Numbered from the stretch's first letter, positions 16,692 through 27,774 are shown. The stretch: DNA of 64,000 bases from Alphaproteobacteria bacterium (GCA_965232515.1 CBDDPY010000002.1:5056001-5120000), one strand, 5' to 3'. Made by a program: numbers and translations. Notes: generated by a model not told the origin, from the sequence alone.

Positions 16692-17624
16692 CTAACCGGC
16701 GAGGCCGGAGAGGGCGCGGGCGAACTCCTGCGCGTCGAAGGGCTGCAGGTCGTCGGCGCCTTCGCCGACGCCGATGAAATGCACCGGCAGGCCGAATTTC
16801 TGCGCCACCGCCACCAGCACGCCGCCGCGCGCCGTGCCGTCGAGCTTGGTCATCGCAAGGCCGGTGACGTCGCAGACCTGCTGGAACACGTCGACCTGGT
16901 TCAGCGCGTTCTGGCCCGTCGTCGCGTCCAGCACAAGCAAGCAGGCGTGCGGCGCCGTCGCGTCGAGCTTGCGGATCACGCGGATGACCTTTTCCAGCTC
17001 GGCCATCAGGTCGGCCTTGTTCTGCAGCCGCCCGGCGGTGTCGATCAACAGCACGTCGGCGTCTGACTCCTTGGCCGCCTTCAGGCCTTCGAAGGCGACG
17101 CTCGCCGGGTCCGTGCCGACCTTCTGCGCCACCACCTGCGCGCCGGTGCGCTCGCCCCAGACCTGAAGCTGCTCGATGGCGGCGGCGCGGAAGGTATCGC
17201 CGGCGGCCAGCACCACGCGGCGGTCGGCGTCGCGCAGCTGCTTCGCCATCTTGCCGATGGTGGTGGTCTTGCCGGTGCCGTTGACGCCGACGACCAGCAC
17301 CACGTGCGGCCGGTTGTCGGGGTCGATGTGCAGCGGCTGGGCCACCGGCTCCAGAATGCCGGCCACCACCTCGCTCAGCGCGCCGCGCACCTCGTCGGGC
17401 GTGACCTCACGGTCGAACTTGTCGCTTGCCAGCCGGGCTGTCACCTCGCCGGCGGTGACCGGGCCGAGGTCGGCGGCGATCAGAATATCTTCCAGCTCCT
17501 CAAGCGCCGCGTCGTCCAGCCGGCGCTTGTTGAACAGGCCGGTGATGCCGTCGCTCAGGCTGCCGGCGCTGCGGCTGAGGCCTGCTTTCAAGCGGCCGAA
17601 CCAGCCGGGCTTGCCGTCGCTCAC
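16692..17624 (-). CDS. ftsY: SRP receptor FtsY
   Basis: GVNGTGKTTTIGK, DTFRAAAIEQL, DTAGRLQ, TKLDGTARGG. Confidence 0.97.
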   Translation of the reverse strand: MSDGKPGWFGRLKAGLSRSAGSLSDGITGLFNKRRLDDAALEELEDILIAADLGPVTAGEVTARLASDKFDREVTPDEVRGALSEVVAGILEPVAQPLHIDPDNRPHVVLVVGVNGTGKTTTIGKMAKQLRDADRRVVLAAGDTFRAAAIEQLQVWGERTGAQVVAQKVGTDPASVAFEGLKAAKESDADVLLIDTAGRLQNKADLMAELEKVIRVIRKLDATAPHACLLVLDATTGQNALNQVDVFQQVCDVTGLAMTKLDGTARGGVLVAVAQKFGLPVHFIGVGEGADDLQPFDAQEFARALSGLAG

Positions 17625-17631
17625 GTGGCGC

Positions 17632-18876
17632 TCAATGAATCCGGCGGCCGACCAGGCGGTCGCCGTCGACACCGGTGATCTCGGCCGTGGCGAGCTCTCC
17701 GGGCGCCAGGACCGTGTCGAGCGACACCGGCGCGAATTGCTCGGTCCGGCCGCCGGTCTCGGTTTCCAGCAGCACCTGCGCCCGGCTGCCGACGCGGCCG
17801 TCGAGGAACCGCGTCATCGCCTGCCGCCCCCGCGCCCGCAGCTCGGCCGCGCGTTCGCGCCGCAAAGCCGTCGGCAGTTGCGGCATGCGGGCTGCCGGCG
17901 TGCCGGGGCGGGCCGAATAGGGAAAGACGTGCAGATAGGTCAGGCCGCAATCGTCGATCAGCCGGGCCGAGTTCTCGAACATCGCATCGGTCTCGGTCGG
18001 GAAGCCGGCGATCAGGTCGGCGCCGAACACCACATCGGGCCGCCGCCGCCGGACCTCCGCGCAGAATTCCACCGACTGGGCGCGACTATGCCGGCGCTTC
18101 ATGCGCTTCAGGATCATGTCGTCGCCGGCCTGCAGGCTCAGATGCAGGTGCGGCATCAGCCGCGGCTCGTCTGCGATCAGGCCCATCAGTTCGTCGTCGA
18201 CCTCGACGGAATCGATCGACGAGAGCCGCAGGCGCGGCAGTTCCGGCAAGGCCGCCAGTAGCCGCCGGCACAGCGCGCCAAGGCCGGGCCCACCGGGCAG
18301 GTCGGCGCCGTAGGACGTGATGTCGACCCCGGTCAGCACCACCTCCCGGTAGCCGTTCTCGACCAGCCGTCGGGCCTGTTCGACGACGGCACCCATGGGC
18401 ACGCTGCGGCTGTTGCCTCGCGCATAGGGGATGATGCAGAAGGTGCAGCGGTGGTCGCAGCCCTGCTGCACCTGGACGAAGGCGCGCGCCCGGCCATCGA
18501 AACCATCGACCAGATGGCCGGCGACCTCGCGCACGGCCATGATGTCGTTCACCTGCACGGGCGCGTCCGCTGTGATGCCGAAACTGTCGGCCTGCAGCTT
18601 TTCCGCGTTGCCCAGCACCCGGTCGACCTCGGGCATTTCGGCGAAGGCCTCGGGCTCGAGCTGGGCGGCGCAGCCGGTGACAATGATCTGGGCGTCCGGC
18701 CGCGCCCGGCGGGCCTTACGGATCGCCTGGCGGGCCTGCCGCACGGCTTCGCCGGTCACCGCGCAGGTATTGACGATCACCGCGTCGTCCAGGCCGGCGT
18801 CGCTGGCGTGCCGCCGCATCACCTCGCTTTCGAACGTGTTGAGACGGCAGCCGAAGGTGACGAGGTCGAGGCTCAT
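17632..18876 (-). CDS. mtaB: tRNA t6A37 methylthiotransferase
   Basis: TFGCRLNTFES, NTCAVT, radical SAM GCDHRCTFCIIP; between dapF and ftsY. Confidence 0.93.
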   Translation of the reverse strand: MSLDLVTFGCRLNTFESEVMRRHASDAGLDDAVIVNTCAVTGEAVRQARQAIRKARRARPDAQIIVTGCAAQLEPEAFAEMPEVDRVLGNAEKLQADSFGITADAPVQVNDIMAVREVAGHLVDGFDGRARAFVQVQQGCDHRCTFCIIPYARGNSRSVPMGAVVEQARRLVENGYREVVLTGVDITSYGADLPGGPGLGALCRRLLAALPELPRLRLSSIDSVEVDDELMGLIADEPRLMPHLHLSLQAGDDMILKRMKRRHSRAQSVEFCAEVRRRRPDVVFGADLIAGFPTETDAMFENSARLIDDCGLTYLHVFPYSARPGTPAARMPQLPTALRRERAAELRARGRQAMTRFLDGRVGSRAQVLLETETGGRTEQFAPVSLDTVLAPGELATAEITGVDGDRLVGRRIH

Positions 18877-19742
18877 GCCGCCCGGCCTTCGCCCGCCGGC
18901 AGCAGGCTCGGGTCCAGTACGCCGGTATAGCTGGTGGCGACCGGTCCGGTCATGTCGACATGGTCGTCGGCCCGCCAGTCGACCGCCAGCTCGCCGCCGT
19001 CGAGCCGGATGCGCACCCGCCGCTCGGTCAGGTCCCGCCGCGCGCCCGCGACGGCGGCGGCGCAGGCGCCCGACCCGCAAGCCTGCGTGATGCCGGCGCC
19101 GCGCTCCCAGACGCGCAGGCGGATGGCGTCGCGCGACAACACCTGGGCCACCGAGATATTGGCGCGCTCCGGGAACAGCGGATGCCGTTCCAGCATCGGG
19201 CCCACCGTCGGCAGATCGATCGCTTCGGCGTCGTCGACGAAAAAGACTGCGTGCGGATTGCCCATGTTGACGCCGACCGGGTCGGACAGCACCGGGGCGC
19301 TCGCCGGGCCCAGCGTCAGCTCCAGATGAACCGTGTCCATCTCTTGCGCCACCGGGATCTCGTTCCAGGCGAGCCGAGGCGCGCCCATGTCGACGCTGAC
19401 GCGGCCATTCGCCGCCGCGCGGGCATGCAGCAGACCGCCCAGCGTCTCGATCATGGCCTCGGTCTTGCCGGTCTCGGCGAACAGCAGGGCCGCGACGCAG
19501 CGCGTGCCGTTGCCGCAGGCGCCGACCTCGCCGCCGTCGGGATTGTGGATGCGCATGAAGACGTCGGCCGCCGGATCGTTGGCGGGCTCGATGCTGATGA
19601 CCTGGTCGCAGCCGACGCCGGTGCGGCGGTCGGCGACGGCGCGCGCCGCCTCGGCCTGCACCCGGAAGGCCGACGACCGGTTGTCGAGCACGACGAAGTC
19701 GTTGCCCAGCCCGTGCATCTTTATGAAAGGCTGTCCGTTCAT
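18873..19742 (-). CDS. dapF: Diaminopimelate epimerase
   Basis: KMHGLGNDFVV, ACGNGTRC, MGNPH, VWERGAGITQACGSGACA. Confidence 0.97.
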   Translation of the reverse strand: MNGQPFIKMHGLGNDFVVLDNRSSAFRVQAEAARAVADRRTGVGCDQVISIEPANDPAADVFMRIHNPDGGEVGACGNGTRCVAALLFAETGKTEAMIETLGGLLHARAAANGRVSVDMGAPRLAWNEIPVAQEMDTVHLELTLGPASAPVLSDPVGVNMGNPHAVFFVDDAEAIDLPTVGPMLERHPLFPERANISVAQVLSRDAIRLRVWERGAGITQACGSGACAAAVAGARRDLTERRVRIRLDGGELAVDWRADDHVDMTGPVATSYTGVLDPSLLPAGEGRAA

Positions 19743-19781
19743 AGCGCCGGATATACGCCCAACAGGCCGGAAAAACCAGAC

Positions 19782-20366
19782 TCAGTCCAGGCAGGCGAGC
19801 GCCGTTTTGGCGATATCCTTCAATGCCGCCCGGTTCGCCTGCGCCTTTGCGAAAATGCGCAGACCCTGGAGGCTGGAGGTCACGAACCGCGCCAGCGCGC
19901 GCACGTCCTTGTCGGCCGGGATCTCGCCATCCTCCTGCGCCGCGACCAAGCGCCGGTAAATCCGCGTCTCGATACGGGCGAGGCCTGCCGCGACGCGCTT
20001 GGCCGCATCGGGGTCGTCGGACGCCAGTTCGGCGGCGCAATTGCCCAGAAAACAGCCGCGCCGGTCGCCGTTGTCGATAATCCGCTCGATGGCGATCTCG
20101 AACAGCGCGCCGATTGCTTCGCGCACGTCGCCGGGCCGGTCGAGCGCGCGCTGAATATACGGCTTGACGTTGACCTCGTCGTACTTGTCCAGCGCCGCGA
20201 ACAGCAGCTCCCGCTTGCTGCCGAAGCTGTGATAGAGGCTCGAGCGGCCGATGCCCATGGCGTCGCAGAGGTCGTCGAGCGACGTCGCCTCATAGCCATG
20301 CGCCCAGAAGGCGTGCATCGCCTTCTCGACGGCTTCGTCCTGATCGAATTCACGTGGGCGCGCCAT
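19782..20366 (-). CDS. TetR/AcrR family regulator (ComR/NemR-like)
   Basis: MARPREFD..FW.HGYEATS...SLYHSFGSKRELL, RGCFLGN. Confidence 0.92.
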   Translation of the reverse strand: MARPREFDQDEAVEKAMHAFWAHGYEATSLDDLCDAMGIGRSSLYHSFGSKRELLFAALDKYDEVNVKPYIQRALDRPGDVREAIGALFEIAIERIIDNGDRRGCFLGNCAAELASDDPDAAKRVAAGLARIETRIYRRLVAAQEDGEIPADKDVRALARFVTSSLQGLRIFAKAQANRAALKDIAKTALACLD

Positions 20367-20417
20367 GGCTCACCCCCAAATTCCTCTCGTCGCAACCACT
20401 TAGCACAAATATGGCGA

Positions 20418-20439
20418 TTCCGGACCGCTCGTTCCAGAA
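20418..20439. promoter_or_regulatory. Probable TetR autoregulatory operator
   Basis: TTCCGGACCG-CT-CGTTCCAGAA, 8/10 pairs, ~50 bp upstream of the TetR start. Confidence 0.55.
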
Positions 20440-20444
20440 AAACC

Positions 20445-21236
20445 TCAATCGCCCCAGCCGCTGATCCGGCAGGCGCGAAACCGGGACTCGAACGGGCGGG
20501 GCGCCGTCGGGTCGGCGACGTGGTTCTCGATCCAGGCCGCCAACTCGTCGATCATTGCCGCATAGACGGCATCGTCCACCGACCAAGTGGAGGAATAGGT
20601 CCGGCTCTTCAAGAGTTCGAACGCGTCCGCGATCGGCTGATCGATGGTCCAGGTCGTGAGCGTCCGCTCTTCGGCCTTGGCGCCACGGGCCACGAAGTGG
20701 CGGATGGCCGTATCCAGGTGTTCCGCGCCGCGCCGCCGCATCACGACGCCGTGGCGTTGGGTGATCTCGCGCCAGGCCTGGCGGAAGCCGTCGCCGGGCT
20801 CGTCCCGCGCCGTCGAGCAGATGACGATGCCGCCGCGCGGGTCGACAACGCGACAAAGCTCTTCGGCGGCGTCCGTCCAGTTCGGGATCAAATGAAAGAC
20901 GTGCGCGACGATGCCGATATCGAAGGCGGCGTCGGCAAAAGGCAGTCGGGTCGCGTCGGCCTGGGCCAGACATAGGTTGGTGGCACCCGCTGACTTGTCG
21001 CGCAGCACCGCCATCATCGGCAGCGACAGATCGATGCCGACATAGCGGGCGCCGCGCCGCAGCAGCGGCAGCGCGATCCGGCCGGTGCCGATGCCGATTT
21101 CGAAAAAGCGGCTGTCGGGCGTCGCGCCGGTCAGACCGGCGATGCCGTCGGCGACGGCGGCCTGGTGGGTATCGGGGATGAAGCGGCTGCGGTCGTAAAC
21201 CGCGGCCACGCGGTCGAAAACAATGCTGTCCGGCAT
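20445..21236 (-). CDS. Class I SAM-dependent methyltransferase
   Basis: FEIGIGTGRIA, GIDLS..M, QADATRLPFADAAFD. Confidence 0.88.
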   Translation of the reverse strand: MPDSIVFDRVAAVYDRSRFIPDTHQAAVADGIAGLTGATPDSRFFEIGIGTGRIALPLLRRGARYVGIDLSLPMMAVLRDKSAGATNLCLAQADATRLPFADAAFDIGIVAHVFHLIPNWTDAAEELCRVVDPRGGIVICSTARDEPGDGFRQAWREITQRHGVVMRRRGAEHLDTAIRHFVARGAKAEERTLTTWTIDQPIADAFELLKSRTYSSTWSVDDAVYAAMIDELAAWIENHVADPTAPRPFESRFRACRISGWGD

Positions 21237-21284
21237 TCCCCCGCCCCTGGTCGCCAAAACCGGGACAAGTCTAGCCGTTCGTTG

Positions 21285-21833
21285 TTACTCGGGCGCGTCT
21301 TCTTTGCGGAAGAACAGGGTCACCTGACCGATTTCGATGCCGAACTTGCTGACATAGGCGCGGTTGATCATCACGCCGCCATCGTGCAGGAACAGCCAGT
21401 CGTTGAAGTGCACGTTCCAGGTGCCGTCGCCGACCGGCAGATCGATATCGTAGGACCAGTTGAAGGCCCGGCCGCTGGTGAAACCGCGCGCCACGCCTTC
21501 GATATCGTCGGCGCGGCCGGTATAGCTGCCGTCGGGCTCCTTGGTGATGCGCCAGATGCGCTGGTCGATCTCGCCGTCGTCGTAGACGAAATCCTCGACC
21601 AGCGTCAGCAGCGTGCCGTCCCAGGTGCCGTCGATCTCGACCTGAAACTGGCGCCGGACCTTGCCGAACCGGTCCTCGAACAGACCCCAGGCCTTGGTCT
21701 TGCCGGTGAAATAGTCTTCCAGCACCAGCGCCGGCTTGGTGCCGGCATATTCGTCCAGGCTCGCCCCGCCGCAGGCCGAAAGCCCGAGCAGAACGCCGAA
21801 CGAAGCAATGAATCCGTACCAGACACGGGTCAT
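21285..21833 (-). CDS. DUF3833 family lipoprotein
   Basis: Lipobox LSAC, LEDYFTG...AWG.F.DR, L.EDFVYDDGE, SKFGIEIG. Confidence 0.85.
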   Translation of the reverse strand: MTRVWYGFIASFGVLLGLSACGGASLDEYAGTKPALVLEDYFTGKTKAWGLFEDRFGKVRRQFQVEIDGTWDGTLLTLVEDFVYDDGEIDQRIWRITKEPDGSYTGRADDIEGVARGFTSGRAFNWSYDIDLPVGDGTWNVHFNDWLFLHDGGVMINRAYVSKFGIEIGQVTLFFRKEDAPE

Positions 21834-21953
21834 GCGGGGGTCCTTTGCTGCGGTTTCAACAGAGTTTTACGAGCCCGCCGGCAAGACGGATGTGGTTACC
21901 TGCGAAACGGCCAGTCCGCGTCAACCATATCTTGCTGTAAGTCCGTGTTTGGC

Positions 21954-21982
21954 TTGACTGACACTTGCATTGCGCCTAAATA
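21954..21982 (+). promoter_or_regulatory. Probable promoter of the ffh operon
   Basis: TTGACT-N17-TAAATA. Confidence 0.5.
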
Positions 21983-21984
21983 GC

Positions 21985-22061
21985 GGGCGCTTTTTACCGG
22001 CGGATGCGAGAGTGGCGCATCGGCCGTTTTGGCATGATTTCGACGATCCGGACGAAAGTGC
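21985..22061 (+). ncRNA. Possible structured ffh 5' leader
   Basis: Hairpin GATGCG-AGAGTGG-CGCATC extended by GC pairs; structured ffh leaders are known in alphaproteobacteria; not model-tested. Confidence 0.3.
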
Positions 22062-23429
22062 ATGTTTGACAGCCTCACAGGCCGTCTCGGCGAGGTATTC
22101 GACCGTCTGACCAAACGCGGCGTTCTGTCCGAAGCGGACGTGAACGAGGCGCTGCGCGAGGTTCGGGTCGCGCTGCTCGAGGCCGACGTATCGCTGCCGG
22201 TGGTGCGATCGTTCATCGACAAAATCCGCGACCGCGCGGTCGGCCAGGAAGTCCTGCGCTCGGTCACGCCGGGCCAGATGGTCATCAAGGTCGTGCACGA
22301 CCAACTGGTCGAGATGCTGGGCGCGGACGCCGTCGATATCGATGTCAATGCCGTGCCGCCGGCGGCCATGCTGATGGTCGGCCTGCAGGGCTCGGGCAAG
22401 ACGACGACGACGGCGAAGATCGCCAAGCGCCTGACCGACCGGGACAAGAAGAAGGTCCTGATGGCCTCGCTCGACGTGCGCCGTCCGGCGGCGCAGGAGC
22501 AGCTCAAGGTGCTGGGCGAGCAGGCCGAGGTGGCGACGCTGCCGATCGTGCCGGGCCAGATGCCGGTCGATATCGCCAAGCGCGCCATGCAGGCCGGCAA
22601 GCTGCAGGGCTACGACGTCGTCATTCTGGACACGGCCGGCCGCCTGCACGTGGACGAAGCCCTGATGTCCGAGGTTCAGGCCGTACGCGACGCGGTGCAG
22701 CCGGTCGAGACGCTGCTGGTCGCCGACAGCCTGACCGGCCAGGACGCGGTCAACGTGGCGCAGTCGTTCAACGAACGCATCAGCCTGAGCGGCATCGTGC
22801 TGACCCGTATCGACGGCGACGGCCGCGGCGGCGCGGCGCTCAGCATGCGCCAGGTGACCGGCTGCCCGATCAAGCTGCTCGGCGTCGGCGAGAAGCTGGA
22901 CGCCCTCGAGGCCTTCCATCCCGAACGCATCGCCGGCCGCATCCTGGGCATGGGCGACGTCGTCAGCCTGGTCGAGAAGGCGGCCGAGACGATCGAGCAG
23001 GAAGACGCCGAAAAGCTCGCCAAGAAGGTCCAGAAGGGCCAGTTCGATATGGAGGACCTGCTGTCGCAGCTCCGCCAGATCCGCAAGATGGGCGGGCTCG
23101 ACGGCCTGATGGGCATGCTGCCCGGCGTCGGCAAGATGAAGAAGCAAATGGCTGACGCGAAGATCGACCCCGATCTGATCAAGCGGCAAGAGGCCATCAT
23201 CCTGTCGATGACGCAGGCCGAACGCGGCAATCCGAAGCTGATCGCCGCTTCGCGCAAACGCCGCATCGCCAGCGGCTCGGGCACCAGCGTGCAGGAGGTC
23301 AACAAGCTGCTGAAGCAGCACCTGCAAATGGTCTCGATGATGAAGAAAGTGAACAAGCTCGGTAAGAAAGGCCTGCTGCGCGGCGGCATGCCCGGAATGC
23401 CGGGCATGCCAGGGCTGCCGCCGCAATAG
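22062..23429 (+). CDS. ffh: Signal recognition particle protein
   Basis: GLQGSGKTTT, DTAGR, RILGMGDV, Met-rich M domain. Confidence 0.98.
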   Translation: MFDSLTGRLGEVFDRLTKRGVLSEADVNEALREVRVALLEADVSLPVVRSFIDKIRDRAVGQEVLRSVTPGQMVIKVVHDQLVEMLGADAVDIDVNAVPPAAMLMVGLQGSGKTTTTAKIAKRLTDRDKKKVLMASLDVRRPAAQEQLKVLGEQAEVATLPIVPGQMPVDIAKRAMQAGKLQGYDVVILDTAGRLHVDEALMSEVQAVRDAVQPVETLLVADSLTGQDAVNVAQSFNERISLSGIVLTRIDGDGRGGAALSMRQVTGCPIKLLGVGEKLDALEAFHPERIAGRILGMGDVVSLVEKAAETIEQEDAEKLAKKVQKGQFDMEDLLSQLRQIRKMGGLDGLMGMLPGVGKMKKQMADAKIDPDLIKRQEAIILSMTQAERGNPKLIAASRKRRIASGSGTSVQEVNKLLKQHLQMVSMMKKVNKLGKKGLLRGGMPGMPGMPGLPPQ

Positions 23430-23474
23430 GGCGCGGCCGACGAACGCGATACGAAGCAAGGGACACGTAAACGT

Positions 23475-23918
23475 ATGGCATTGAAAATCCGGTTATCGCG
23501 GGGCGGCGCCAAGAAGCGGCCGTTCTACCGTATTGTTGTCGCCGACGGCCGGGCGCCGCGCGACGGCCGTTTCATCGAGCGGCTCGGCACCTATGATCCG
23601 TTGCTGCCGCGCGACAGCGAGGACCGGGTCAAGTTCGACGCCGAGCGGGTGAAGTTCTGGCTGGCCCGCGGCGCGCAGCCGACCGACCGGGTCGCGCGTT
23701 TCTTCGGCCAGGCCGAAATCATCGAGATGCCGAAGCGCAACAATCCTGAGAAGGCCAAGCCGAAGGCGAAGGCGCAGGAGCGGCTGGCCGCGGCGGCCGA
23801 AGCCAAGGCCGCGGCCGAGGCCGAGGCGGCCGCTCCGGCAGAAGAGGCGCCGGCCGAGGATGCCCCGGCGGCGTCCGACGAGGCGGCAAACGGCGATGAG
23901 GCCGCCGCCGAGTCCTGA
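23475..23918 (+). CDS. rpsP: 30S ribosomal protein S16
   Basis: [24 protein letters not shown]. Confidence 0.98.
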   Translation: MALKIRLSRGGAKKRPFYRIVVADGRAPRDGRFIERLGTYDPLLPRDSEDRVKFDAERVKFWLARGAQPTDRVARFFGQAEIIEMPKRNNPEKAKPKAKAQERLAAAAEAKAAAEAEAAAPAEEAPAEDAPAASDEAANGDEAAAES

Positions 23919-24459
23919 GCGGCCGGCGAAGGCGGCGCAACCTGATCGGCGGGTTCAACTCGGCACGATCGTTGCGCCGCACGGCGTTCGCGGGCTGGTA
24001 AAGGTCCGCAGCTTTACCGACGACCCCTCCGACATCGTGAGCTACGGTCCGCTGCAGGACGCGCAGGGGCGTGCCGTCGCGCTGAGTCTGCGCGGGCCGA
24101 CCAAGGGCGGTCTGCTGGCCGCCGTCGCGGGTGTGGAGGACCGGGATGCGGCCGAAGCCATGCGGGGCGTCAAGCTTTATGTGCCGCGCGAGGCCCTGCC
24201 GGCAACCGACGATGACGAGGAGTATTACTACGCCGACCTGATCGGCCTGAGGGTCGAAACGGCCGAGGGCGCCGTGCTTGGCCGTGTGAAGGCGGTGCAC
24301 GATTTCGGTGCCGGCGACGTGCTGGAAGTCGTTTTGGAGGCCGGCGGCAGCGAATTGCTGCCGTTCACGCGCGACATGGTGCCGGTCGTCGACCTGGCCG
24401 GCGGGCGTTTGGTTGTCGCCGGAGATGAGCCGGCCGACGCGGACGAGGGGGCGGCCTGA
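23896..24459 (+). CDS. rimM: Ribosome maturation factor RimM (start uncertain)
   Basis: [38 protein letters not shown]. Confidence 0.93.
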   Translation: MRPPPSPERPAKAAQPDRRVQLGTIVAPHGVRGLVKVRSFTDDPSDIVSYGPLQDAQGRAVALSLRGPTKGGLLAAVAGVEDRDAAEAMRGVKLYVPREALPATDDDEEYYYADLIGLRVETAEGAVLGRVKAVHDFGAGDVLEVVLEAGGSELLPFTRDMVPVVDLAGGRLVVAGDEPADADEGAA

Positions 24460-24461
24460 AT

Positions 24462-25193
24462 ATGTCGGATCCGGAGGCGATCTGGACGGTCCGGGTGCTG
24501 ACGCTGTTCCCGGAAATGTTCCCCGGACCGCTGGGCTACAGCCTTGCCGGGCGGGCCCTCGAAAAAGGCCTGTGGCGGCTGGAAACGGTGGACATTCGCG
24601 AATTTGCGCGCGATAAACACCGCACCGTCGACGATGCGCCCTTCGGCGGCGGTCCCGGTATGGTGATGCGGGCCGACGTCCTGGGCGATGCGATCGACGC
24701 CACGATGGCGCGCGGAGGGGGCGGCGCGGCCGACGTGCCGCTGATCTACCTGAGCCCGCGGGGCCGGCCGGCCGATCAACAGCTGGTCGGCAAGTTGGCG
24801 TCGGGCGCCGGACCGGTCCTGATCTGTGGCCGGTTCGAGGGGGTCGACGAGCGGGTGCTGGAGGCGCGCGACGTCGTCGAGGTCAGTATCGGCGATTTCG
24901 TCCTGTCGGGCGGCGAGCCGGCGGCCATTGCGCTGATCGACGCCATTGTCAGGTTGCTGCCGGGCGTGGTGGGCGATCCGGCGGCATTGGCGGAGGAGAG
25001 TTTTTCGCGGGGACTGCTTGAGTACCCGCAGTATACCCGGCCCCAGACGTGGGAAGGCCGGGAGGTGCCGGAGGTGTTGCTGTCCGGCCACCACGAACGC
25101 ATCCGTGAATGGCGGCAACGCCAGGCGGAAGCTTTGACGAAGACGCGGCGGCGGGACCTGTGGTCGCGCTACGTCGCCGAAGAGCATAGATGA
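24462..25193 (+). CDS. trmD: tRNA (guanine-N1)-methyltransferase
   Basis: [35 protein letters not shown]. Confidence 0.98.
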   Translation: MSDPEAIWTVRVLTLFPEMFPGPLGYSLAGRALEKGLWRLETVDIREFARDKHRTVDDAPFGGGPGMVMRADVLGDAIDATMARGGGGAADVPLIYLSPRGRPADQQLVGKLASGAGPVLICGRFEGVDERVLEARDVVEVSIGDFVLSGGEPAAIALIDAIVRLLPGVVGDPAALAEESFSRGLLEYPQYTRPQTWEGREVPEVLLSGHHERIREWRQRQAEALTKTRRRDLWSRYVAEEHR

Positions 25194-25204
25194 GGGCCGA
25201 GGCC

Positions 25205-25624
25205 ATGAACCTGATTGAAGCGCTGGAAAAAGACCAGGTAGAGAAACTGACATCGGCGCGCGCGGTGCCGGAGTTCGGCCCTGGCGATACGCTTAGAGTG
25301 AACGTGAAGGTGGTCGAGGGCACGCGCGAGCGCGTGCAGGCCTTCGAGGGCGTTTGCATCGGCCTGAAGCGGGCCGGCCTGAACTCGTCCTTCACGGTCC
25401 GCAAGATTTCCTACGGCGAAGGCGTCGAGCGCGTGTTCCCGCTGCATTCGCCGCGCATCGAGTCGATCCAGGTCGTGCGGCGCGGCCGCGTGCGGCGGGC
25501 CAAGCTCTATTACCTTCGTGGCCGGCGCGGCAAGTCCGCTCGCATCGCCGAGCGTCAGGACCATCGCCGGCAGACGGGCGGCAAGGCCGACGCGCCGGCG
25601 CCAAAGGCGACCGCCGCCGAGTAA
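25205..25624 (+). CDS. rplS: 50S ribosomal protein L19
   Basis: [31 protein letters not shown]. Confidence 0.98.
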   Translation: MNLIEALEKDQVEKLTSARAVPEFGPGDTLRVNVKVVEGTRERVQAFEGVCIGLKRAGLNSSFTVRKISYGEGVERVFPLHSPRIESIQVVRRGRVRRAKLYYLRGRRGKSARIAERQDHRRQTGGKADAPAPKATAAE

Positions 25625-25732
25625 CACGGGGGCCGAGGCCGCCGGCGGCCGGGCAAGCTAACGCCGGTGGACCTGGCAACCAGCCCGACAAACCGGGTGC
25701 GGCGTTGATAATTCGGGAGGAGACGCGCAGCC

Positions 25733-27139
25733 ATGAGCAAGCCGCGCACGCTGTTTGACAAGATCTGGGAAAGCCATGTCGTGCATGCGCAGGACGATGG
25801 CGCCTGCGTGCTGTATATCGACCGGCATCTCGTGCACGAGGTGACCAGCCCGCAAGCCTTCGAGGGCCTACGCGCGGCCGGCCGCAAGGTGCGGCGCCCC
25901 GACGCGACGCTCGCCGTCGCCGACCACAACGTGCCGACCACGGACCGGTCGAAGGGCATCGACGACGAGGAATCCCGCGTCCAGGTCGATACGCTGACCC
26001 GCAATTGCGAAGAATTCGGTGTGGAACTGTTCGATATGAACGATGTGCGCCAGGGCATCGTGCATATCATCGGTCCCGAGCAGGGATTCACGCAGCCCGG
26101 CAACACCATCGTCTGCGGCGACAGCCACACGGCGACGCATGGCGCCTTCGGCGCGCTCGCCTTCGGCATCGGCACATCCGAGGTTGAGCACGTGCTGGCC
26201 ACACAGACGTTGATCCAGCAGCGGCCGAAGAACATGCAAGTGCAGGTCGACGGCCCGCTGCCGCTGGGCTGCACCGGCAAGGACCTGATCCTGGCCATCA
26301 TCGGCAAGATCGGCACCGCCGGCGGCACCGGCCATGTCATCGAATATACCGGCGAGGCGATCCGCGGGCTCAGCATGGAAGGCCGCATGTCGGTCTGCAA
26401 CATGACCATCGAGGCCGGCGCCCGCGCAGGGCTGATCGCGCCGGACGACACCACCTTCGACTATATGAAAGGCCGGCCCTTGTCGCCAAAGGGCGGCGCC
26501 TTCGAGCAGGCCGTGGCCTATTGGCGGACGCTGGTGAGCGACGAGGATGCCGAATTCGACAAGTCGGTGACGATATCGACCGCCGATATCGTGCCGTATG
26601 TCACCTGGGGCACCAGTCCGGAGGACGCGCTGCCGATCACGGCCGTCGTGCCCGATCCGGGCTCGGCGGCGAGCGACGAAAAGCGCAAGTCGATCGAGCG
26701 CGCGCTCGCCTATATGGGGCTCGAAGCGGGCGTGCCGCTCACACAGGTCAAGATCGACCGCGCTTTCATCGGTTCCTGCACCAACGGCCGGATCGAGGAT
26801 CTTCGGGCCGCCGCGGCGGTCGCCAAGGGCCGGAAGGTCGCCGATCACGTCGGCGCGATGGTGGTGCCGGGCTCGGGTCTGGTGAAGGCGCAGGCCGAGG
26901 AAGAGGGCCTGGACAAGATCTTTTTGGAGGCCGGTTTCGAATGGCGCGAGCCGGGCTGCTCCATGTGCCTGGCGATGAACGCCGACCGGCTGGAGCCGGG
27001 CGAGCGTTGCGCCTCGACGTCGAACCGCAATTTCGAAGGCCGCCAGGGCTTTGGCGGCCGCACGCACCTGATGAGCCCGGCCATGGCCGCGGCGGCCGCG
27101 GTCAGCGGCCATCTCGCCGACGTGCGCGACTTCAGCTAG
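25733..27139 (+). CDS. leuC: 3-isopropylmalate dehydratase large subunit
   Basis: [35 protein letters not shown]. Confidence 0.98.
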   Translation: MSKPRTLFDKIWESHVVHAQDDGACVLYIDRHLVHEVTSPQAFEGLRAAGRKVRRPDATLAVADHNVPTTDRSKGIDDEESRVQVDTLTRNCEEFGVELFDMNDVRQGIVHIIGPEQGFTQPGNTIVCGDSHTATHGAFGALAFGIGTSEVEHVLATQTLIQQRPKNMQVQVDGPLPLGCTGKDLILAIIGKIGTAGGTGHVIEYTGEAIRGLSMEGRMSVCNMTIEAGARAGLIAPDDTTFDYMKGRPLSPKGGAFEQAVAYWRTLVSDEDAEFDKSVTISTADIVPYVTWGTSPEDALPITAVVPDPGSAASDEKRKSIERALAYMGLEAGVPLTQVKIDRAFIGSCTNGRIEDLRAAAAVAKGRKVADHVGAMVVPGSGLVKAQAEEEGLDKIFLEAGFEWREPGCSMCLAMNADRLEPGERCASTSNRNFEGRQGFGGRTHLMSPAMAAAAAVSGHLADVRDFS

Positions 27140-27150
27140 GGGAGCAGGCC

Positions 27151-27774
27151 ATGCAGGCGTTTACCAAGCTCGAAGGTGTCGCCGCGCCGCTGCGCGCGAT
27201 CAACACCGATACCGATCAGATCATCCCGAAGCAGTTCCTGAAGACGATCAAGCGCGAGGGGCTGGGCAAGAACCTGTTCAACGACCTGCGCTTCAACGAG
27301 GACGGCTCGGAGAAGCCGGACTTCGTGTTGAACCAGCCGGCCTATCGCAAGGCCAAGATCCTGGTCGCCGGCGACAACTTCGGCTGCGGCTCGTCGCGCG
27401 AGCACGCGCCCTGGGCGCTGCTCGATTTCGGCATCCGCTGCGTGATCTCGACCAGCTTCGCCGACATTTTCTATAACAACTGCTTCAAGAACGGCATCCT
27501 GCCGATCAAGGTGACGCCCGAGCAGCTCGAGCTGCTGTTCGACGACGCCGAGCGCGGCGCCAACGCGACGCTGACCATCGATCTGGAGGCGCAGGAGATC
27601 CGCGGTCCCGACGGCGGCGTGGTGTCGTTCGAGATCGACCCGTTCCGCAAGCGGTGTCTGCTGGAGGGCCTCGATGACATCGGTTTGACGCTTGAGAAAG
27701 CCGACGACATCGATTCATTTGAGGACCGGCAGCGGTCGCAGCAGCCGTGGCTGTACGGCGCGGCCGCGGAGTAA
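27151..27774 (+). CDS. leuD: 3-isopropylmalate dehydratase small subunit
   Basis: [26 protein letters not shown]. Confidence 0.98.
   Translation: MQAFTKLEGVAAPLRAINTDTDQIIPKQFLKTIKREGLGKNLFNDLRFNEDGSEKPDFVLNQPAYRKAKILVAGDNFGCGSSREHAPWALLDFGIRCVISTSFADIFYNNCFKNGILPIKVTPEQLELLFDDAERGANATLTIDLEAQEIRGPDGGVVSFEIDPFRKRCLLEGLDDIGLTLEKADDIDSFEDRQRSQQPWLYGAAAE

Noticed and set aside
23780-23918. Ala/Glu-rich extension of S16, Pro/Ala linker of SucB, and FtsY without an acidic domain
   Set aside because: All are ordinary for alphaproteobacterial orthologues.
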